In this document: positions 59,036-64,000 of the stretch, one piece after another
Position numbering within the stretch: position 1 is the stretch's first letter
How the letters are laid out: each line of letters begins with the position of its first letter
From: an uncultured bacterium
GTDB lineage: Bacteria; Electryoneota; AABM5-125-24; Hatepunaeales; Hatepunaeaceae
Assembly (NCBI GenBank): GCA_964627035.1
Contig: CAZVKN010000012.1
Coordinates: 22,925 to 86,924 of the forward strand
DNA: 64,000 nucleotides
Reading direction: 5' to 3'
Position numbers and translations under genes: made by a program
Notes under the pieces: generated by a model
What the model was told of the DNA's origin: nothing
What the model saw: the letters and a program-made list of their open reading frames with translations, nothing else
Database searches by the model: none

Positions 59036-59539
59036 TTAATTATTGTCTTGTGATCCATCTTCTCCCAAATTCACATCATACAACACTTTCGCAATTACAT
59101 AAGACGGGAATCCCTTCCGTCCGAGTGCTCCACCGATCCTGCGATTTACCTTGTCCGCCGACAATCCATGCATAGTTCTGAATTTCTTTCGCGCTAACCG
59201 CACTGCCGTTTCATGCTCTTGCTCTTCTGAATAGAACTCAATCAGTGCGTTCTCAATAATGTACCTGTCAATTCCCCGTTTCAATAAATCGCGTCGCAAC
59301 ATCCGTCTGCTGATTAACTTGACATCGCGTCCACGTCTGATTACATCTTCAGCAATTGCTTCCTCGTCAATCTGGTGTGAATCAGCTAACTCCTGAACGA
59401 CCTGATCAATCAAATCAAATTGAACACCCTTTCGCTTACGAAGCTTTTCCCGCAACTCCTTAGCTGTCAGTGCCCGGTAAGACAGTGCTCGATATGCAGC
59501 GCTCCGCAGTTTCGCTTCCTGATCATGTTCGTAGTTCAT
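59036..59539 (-). CDS. recX: RecA regulator RecX
   Basis: 167 aa three-helix-repeat protein immediately downstream of recA. Confidence 0.85.
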   Translation of the reverse strand: MNYEHDQEAKLRSAAYRALSYRALTAKELREKLRKRKGVQFDLIDQVVQELADSHQIDEEAIAEDVIRRGRDVKLISRRMLRRDLLKRGIDRYIIENALIEFYSEEQEHETAVRLARKKFRTMHGLSADKVNRRIGGALGRKGFPSYVIAKVLYDVNLGEDGSQDNN

Positions 59540-59594
59540 TCTTCTTTACAACGGTAAATAGCCTACAAGGGCGAGCACAAGGTTCGCCCCTACA

Positions 59595-60623
59595 TTATTC
59601 GGTTTTTGTGTTCTTTTTGACCGGAGGCAGGTTCAAAGCTTCCCTTACTTTTCCTTCAACCTCGACGAGGATGTCCGGGTTCTCCAGCAAGTAAGTCACA
59701 GCTCTGTCCCGACCCTGACCGATTCTTTCTTCACCGTAGGAATACCATGTTCCACGACGGTTAAGAATATTATGTTTAGTTCCAATATCCACAATTTCGC
59801 CGATGCTTGATATTCCCTTGCCGTACATTATGTCAAATTCCACTTCACGGAACGGGGGAGCGACCTTATTCTTCACGATCTTGACCCGGGTGCGGTTGCC
59901 GACCATGTCAGTGCCGTCCTTGATTGCACCGATTCTACGGATGTCAATCCTTACCGTGGCATGATACTTCAGAGCGATGCCTCCCGGTGTGGTTTCAGGG
60001 CTGCCCCAGGTCACTCCGATTTTCATCCGCAATTGGTTGATGAACACCAGACAGGTGTTTGACTTGGATACAGTGCCGGTAAGCTTGCGCAGTGCCCGGG
60101 ACATCAGCCTCGCCTGTGAACCGACCTGCTGGTCTCCCATGTCTCCTTCAATCTCAGCTTTTGGAACGAGCGCAGCTACCGAATCAACCGCTACAATGTC
60201 TATTGAGCCGGAGCGAACCAGTGCTTCCGCAATATCCAGACCTTGTTCACCGGTGTCAGGCTGTGCGATCAGCAGATTGTCAATGTCAACTCCTAACGCC
60301 TTCGCATAGGTTGGATCGAGCGCATGTTCGGCGTCAATGAATGCGGCTACACCGCCGCCTTTCTGGGCGTTAGCGACGACATGAAGAGCCAGTGTAGTCT
60401 TGCCTGACGCTTCAGGTCCGTATATCTCAACCACCCGACCTCGCGGCAGTCCGCCGACTCCGAGTGCGGCATCCAGCGCTATCGAGCCTGTGGGTATTGT
60501 GTCCACCTTTATGCGCATGCTGTCGTCACCGAGCCGCATGATCGAACCTCGACCGTAGTGCTTTTCGATCTCCGCCATTGCCAGCTCAATATTTCGTGTG
60601 CGTTCGGAGAGCTTATCGCTCAT
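59595..60623 (-). CDS. recA: recombinase RecA
   Basis: GPEASGKTT Walker A and highly conserved RecA core ([14 protein letters not shown]). Confidence 0.97.
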   Translation of the reverse strand: MSDKLSERTRNIELAMAEIEKHYGRGSIMRLGDDSMRIKVDTIPTGSIALDAALGVGGLPRGRVVEIYGPEASGKTTLALHVVANAQKGGGVAAFIDAEHALDPTYAKALGVDIDNLLIAQPDTGEQGLDIAEALVRSGSIDIVAVDSVAALVPKAEIEGDMGDQQVGSQARLMSRALRKLTGTVSKSNTCLVFINQLRMKIGVTWGSPETTPGGIALKYHATVRIDIRRIGAIKDGTDMVGNRTRVKIVKNKVAPPFREVEFDIMYGKGISSIGEIVDIGTKHNILNRRGTWYSYGEERIGQGRDRAVTYLLENPDILVEVEGKVREALNLPPVKKNTKTE

Positions 60624-60666
60624 TTCTCCTCCAGATTGTGTTTATCTATAAGTGTTTATTGCTTGT

Positions 60667-60715
60667 TGGGGGAGCAGTGACATTCCTGTCACTGCAGGGC
60701 GGACAGGAATGTCCA
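60667..60715. repeat. family C element copy 2 with alternative-pairing extension
   Basis: ggggaGCAGTGACattccTGTCACTGCagggcgGACAGGAATGTCcag. The loop can alternatively pair with the downstream gacaggaatgtc. Confidence 0.8.
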
Positions 60716-60734
60716 GTCGTCCCTGTTGTTGTAA

Positions 60735-61316
60735 TCACCCCAATGGAATCGAAGCCATCACCCTATAAACCGCACCGCTCGGCTTCAATTGACTTGACAT
60801 CACATTTACATGTTCAACCGTCCAACTGATCGGATCCCATTCACAGTCTTCAAACCGTTCGATCAGATCACTGTTTCTGTCAATATACTTCACCCGTCCG
60901 ACAGTCAAATGCGCATGAAATTTCTTTCTCTCTGCTGGGAATCCAATTTGTGCCAGATTCTGATCAATCTGTTTGTGCAGAATCATCAATGGTTTTGAAC
61001 CTTTCAATCCCCACCACAACACGCGCGGACGCGCCAGATTCGGAAAACCGCCGGGAATTGCAGTTGTCAACTCAAATCGTCTGATACCGGAGGCTGCGTC
61101 CTGCACAGCTTCGTTGATTTCGGACAGCCTTTCCTTCTCAACATCACCGAGGAATTTTAGCGTCAGATGAATTCCTTCTAATCTTGACCATGAAGCTTTC
61201 GCGCCACTGACATTTCTTAGCTCATTCTGTACTCGGGCAATGTGGTCTTTGACTTCAGTTGGGACGTCAATGGCGATGAATGTTCGGATCATCGTTTTTT
61301 TTTCAACCTCTTCCAC
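60735..61316 (-). CDS. thpR: RNA 2',3'-cyclic phosphodiesterase (LigT/ThpR, 2H family)
   Basis: Two H-x-T/S-x motifs (HLTLKFLG, HAHLTVGR). Confidence 0.85.
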   Translation of the reverse strand: MEEVEKKTMIRTFIAIDVPTEVKDHIARVQNELRNVSGAKASWSRLEGIHLTLKFLGDVEKERLSEINEAVQDAASGIRRFELTTAIPGGFPNLARPRVLWWGLKGSKPLMILHKQIDQNLAQIGFPAERKKFHAHLTVGRVKYIDRNSDLIERFEDCEWDPISWTVEHVNVMSSQLKPSGAVYRVMASIPLG

Positions 61317-62527
61317 AACATATTCAAAACCGCACCTGCTGACCTGCGGCGGTTGGTATCTCGATTACCGCTGAAGATGTGTTTCTTTACATCAGAACCG
61401 TTCTCATCAGCAATCCCAATATAGACGAGTCCAACCGGTTTATCATCACTGCCTCCGGCAGGTCCGGCTATTCCTGTGACGCTGACGGCAATGTCAGCAT
61501 CCGCTTTGGCTTGGGCTCCGATAGCCATAGCGCGGGCGACCTGCTCGCTGACAGCACCGTGATCTATCAGTAATTGTTCGTCAACTCCGAGCTGTTCGAT
61601 CTTTGCTTCATTTGAGTAGGTGATGAATCCCCGATTGAACACATCCGAACTGCCCGGCACTGAAACGAGTCTATCACACACCATTCCTCCCGTACACGAT
61701 TCGGCAACCGCAAGTGTCAGACCTCGCTTTCTCATTGTTTCAAGGATCACCTTTTCGAGTGAATCATTACCAACAGCATAAATATACGGATTAATCCGTT
61801 CAGAAACAAAAGTCTGAGCGTTGCTGAGATGTCGCTGAACCGCATCTTCATCATTCCCCCCGCATGACAGCCTCAATGTCACTCCTTGATTAATGCTCGG
61901 CAGATAGGCGAGAGAAACGGGGTTAAGCGCATCAGCATTACCGATTAGATGCGATAAGTTTGACTCGCCGATGCCTGTGGTCTTAAGGATGATAGACTGG
62001 AATGAACCGCTTCTGTGATCAATCAATATCGGCATGACATAGTCGTCAAACAGTCCTTTCATCTCAATCGGAACCCCCGGCATAGCGAACAGATGCTTCC
62101 CCCGGCTGTCGTAGTGAATTCCCGGTGCGCTGCCGTGCTTGTTGATCATAGGTTCGGCTCGTGAAGGGAATAGAGCCATTTTATCGAAACCGGGTGGTGG
62201 CGATACGTTTCGCGCAGTAAATCGGTCAATTACCAACTGCTTAACATCCAACCGTTCGACAAGATCATCGTCAAAGAATTTGGCAACCATTTCACATGTT
62301 ATGTCATCATGCGTCGGTCCCAAACCTCCCGTTACCAGTACTACATCCGCACGGTTCCAGGCGTGTCGCAACACATGCCTGATGTCGCTCTTATCATCAC
62401 CGATAGTGCTGTGCCACCTCAGCCGCAGTCCGTTGTCAGCTAATCTGAGTGCGATCCAGTGTGCATTGCTGTCAAGAGTTTGTCCCAGCAGGATTTCGTC
62501 ACCGATGGTAATCAGCTCAATTTTCAA
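61289..62527 (-). CDS. cinA: CinA-family competence/damage-inducible protein (MocF-like N-domain plus PncC-type NMN deamidase C-domain)
   Basis: IELITIGDEILLGQ N-terminus. C-terminal CinA domain LAVAESCTGG. Confidence 0.88.
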   Translation of the reverse strand: MKIELITIGDEILLGQTLDSNAHWIALRLADNGLRLRWHSTIGDDKSDIRHVLRHAWNRADVVLVTGGLGPTHDDITCEMVAKFFDDDLVERLDVKQLVIDRFTARNVSPPPGFDKMALFPSRAEPMINKHGSAPGIHYDSRGKHLFAMPGVPIEMKGLFDDYVMPILIDHRSGSFQSIILKTTGIGESNLSHLIGNADALNPVSLAYLPSINQGVTLRLSCGGNDEDAVQRHLSNAQTFVSERINPYIYAVGNDSLEKVILETMRKRGLTLAVAESCTGGMVCDRLVSVPGSSDVFNRGFITYSNEAKIEQLGVDEQLLIDHGAVSEQVARAMAIGAQAKADADIAVSVTGIAGPAGGSDDKPVGLVYIGIADENGSDVKKHIFSGNRDTNRRRSAGAVLNMLWKRLKKKR

Positions 62528-62537
62528 GCGTTTCTCC

Positions 62538-62562
62538 GCTGTCAGGTCGCCGCACCTGACAG
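62538..62562. repeat. family G hairpin copy 4 (opposite orientation)
   Basis: GCTGTCAGGTcgccgcACCTGACAG. Confidence 0.7.
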
Positions 62563-62589
62563 ATGTATGATGGATATCAGATAAATAGT

Positions 62590-62615
62590 GGTGTCAACCA
62601 CGGCGGGTTGACACC
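62590..62615. repeat. family G hairpin copy 2
   Basis: GGTGTCAACCacggcgGGTTGACACC. Confidence 0.8.
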
Positions 62616-62670
62616 GGGACTCCTTACCGTTTTTATTGGTGTTTTTGTGACTTGGCGGCGAAATAGATTT

Positions 62671-63159
62671 TTACAAATAAGTTCTCAGTATCAAGAGTAC
62701 CAATGCCGCATATCCTCCCGCGAGCAGGTCATCTAATACAACTCCCAATCCACCCGGAAATTTTTCCATCTGCTTAACCGGAAACGGCTTCCATACGTCA
62801 AACAGACGAAATAAGAAAAATGCTAATGCAAAATGAATAATATTCGTTGAGCAAACAGTAAGCGTTATCCACTGTCCGACCACTTCATCAATTACAATAG
62901 GTTTCGCATCGTGACCGAGTGCTTGCTCGGCGATGCCAGCACTCCAGATTGCCAAAACAATTGTAACCACAATAACAGTCAGTTGAACTGCGAGATGCTG
63001 ATTTGCGAGTAGTAGCCACCATAAGATGACCGCTGCACCGCTACCCCAAGTTCCGGGTGCTATCGGTAAATAACCGACAGGACCGAGTGTAGCGATATGG
63101 ACAACGGCATTATTCACTGTTCGATTGTCGAAAGGAAGTTTTTCTAAAGTAGAGCGCAC
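62671..63159 (-). CDS. pgpA: phosphatidylglycerophosphatase A
   Basis: GPVGYLPIAPGTWGS and the hydrophobic PgpA fold. Confidence 0.82.
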   Translation of the reverse strand: MRSTLEKLPFDNRTVNNAVVHIATLGPVGYLPIAPGTWGSGAAVILWWLLLANQHLAVQLTVIVVTIVLAIWSAGIAEQALGHDAKPIVIDEVVGQWITLTVCSTNIIHFALAFFLFRLFDVWKPFPVKQMEKFPGGLGVVLDDLLAGGYAALVLLILRTYL

Positions 63160-63811
63160 CGGAAAACAGAGATGAGAATGTGCTTAGAATGAAGAGAATT
63201 ATCAACAGAATTATGAAACCGTCTGACAGGAGCAGGGACGAAAAACCTGTCCACTTATCACTTGCCAACAGCAGATCACGGACGTTAAAAGCGACCATTG
63301 CAAACAGCAGTGTTGTCAACTGAATGCCGGTCTTCCACTTTCCCCAGCCACTGGTCACTACGGATGACCCGCCTCCGATAGCCCAGATTCGCATTAGTGT
63401 CAGAGTAATCTCGCGAGCTGTAATCAAGGCAATCATTACAAAAGCCCATGTGGTCAGGCTGTCATAGTCCTGTCTGATATATATCGCCCAAAATCCTGAC
63501 AGGACAAGCAGCTTATCCACAAGCGGATCCATAAAGTCACCGAAGGCAGTCTCCTGACCGAGACGGCGGGCTAGTTTCCCATCGTACAAATCAGTTATTG
63601 CACCGAATGCAAACAGGAGTGTAGCGGCAATTTCCAACGACATCTTTCCACTGAAGAAACAGTACCAAAAGATTGGAATGATAGCAAGACGGGTGATAGT
63701 CAGATAGTTTGGGATGGTTACGGTTACTTTCCCTTTTGGGCTCTCTGCACCCAACACAGCTGTTATCCGCTCCCTGCCACGGTTCCATGCGTTTGTTCGG
63801 TTTGATCTCAA
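63110..63811 (-). CDS. pgsA: CDP-diacylglycerol--glycerol-3-phosphate 3-phosphatidyltransferase
   Basis: CDP-alcohol phosphatidyltransferase motif D-G-x2-AR (DLYDGKLARRLGQETAFGDFMDPLVDK). Confidence 0.82.
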   Translation of the reverse strand: MRSNRTNAWNRGRERITAVLGAESPKGKVTVTIPNYLTITRLAIIPIFWYCFFSGKMSLEIAATLLFAFGAITDLYDGKLARRLGQETAFGDFMDPLVDKLLVLSGFWAIYIRQDYDSLTTWAFVMIALITAREITLTLMRIWAIGGGSSVVTSGWGKWKTGIQLTTLLFAMVAFNVRDLLLASDKWTGFSSLLLSDGFIILLIILFILSTFSSLFSGALYFRKTSFRQSNSE

Positions 63812-64000
63812 ATCTGTTCCTTAGTAAATTACAACACTGTAACTAATAATGATAACACTTCTAAACCTCTTCCGCAACCTGTAACAGCTTGCAGAAAGAG
63901 GAGGATGGACATTCTTGAGTTCTTTGATTTATTCTGTAAGAGCCATGTCATTCTGGACTTGACAGTCTGTCCGAGAATAGTTCTTTAAGAAACAATATCT

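Noticed and set aside
1-64000. tRNA, rRNA or CRISPR arrays
   Set aside because: No T-arm-like GTTCRANYC hairpins in cloverleaf context were found by eye in any spacer. No rRNA-like conserved stretches. The recurring intergenic repeats are palindromic and dispersed, not regularly spaced direct repeats with unique spacers, so they are not CRISPR.

Overview
Bacterial chromosomal window at about 48% GC. Shine-Dalgarno sites are used, T9SS C-terminal sorting domains occur, and lpxC is fused to fabZ, together suggesting an FCB-group-like organism. Positions 1-10.7 kb hold the conserved ribosomal-protein/secY/adk/map/infA/rpoA operon, from the 3' end of rplN through rplQ, with unusual charged extensions on L5 and L17. 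The rest is a mix of housekeeping and accessory genes. These include an HExxH lipoprotein flanked by direct repeats, hutU, yjbQ, an rRNA/tRNA methyltransferase and an Opp-like ABC importer lacking ATPases. Further along are arsC-copA, a ROK kinase with a large lipoprotein, a DinG helicase carrying an exonuclease domain, and gcvPB. A heterodimeric ABC exporter is translationally coupled to an unknown 427-aa protein. A complete Alternative Complex III operon (actABCDEF) follows, then a tandem Usp protein and an M20 peptidase. Next come a cluster of T9SS-sorted secreted proteins with a TlpA-like thioredoxin lipoprotein, an ABC-2 exporter, lpxC/fabZ and flotillin-NfeD. The window ends with recX-recA-ligT-cinA-pgpA-pgsA. 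No rRNA, tRNA or CRISPR loci were found. The main unexplained structure is non-coding. At least six families of short intergenic palindromic, REP-like repeats recur through the window. Their stems carry compensatory base changes. Some sit inside conserved operons (infA|rpmJ, actB|actC), some form composite arrays, and one is shared upstream of two unrelated genes in the same relative orientation. There is also a perfect 26-bp inverted repeat bracketing about 146 bp just upstream of a T9SS surface-protein gene, and a gene flanked by about 29-bp direct repeats. The best candidate for an undescribed protein system is the unknown 427-aa protein coupled to the asymmetric ABC exporter pair (30233-35051). 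Its function could not be resolved from sequence.
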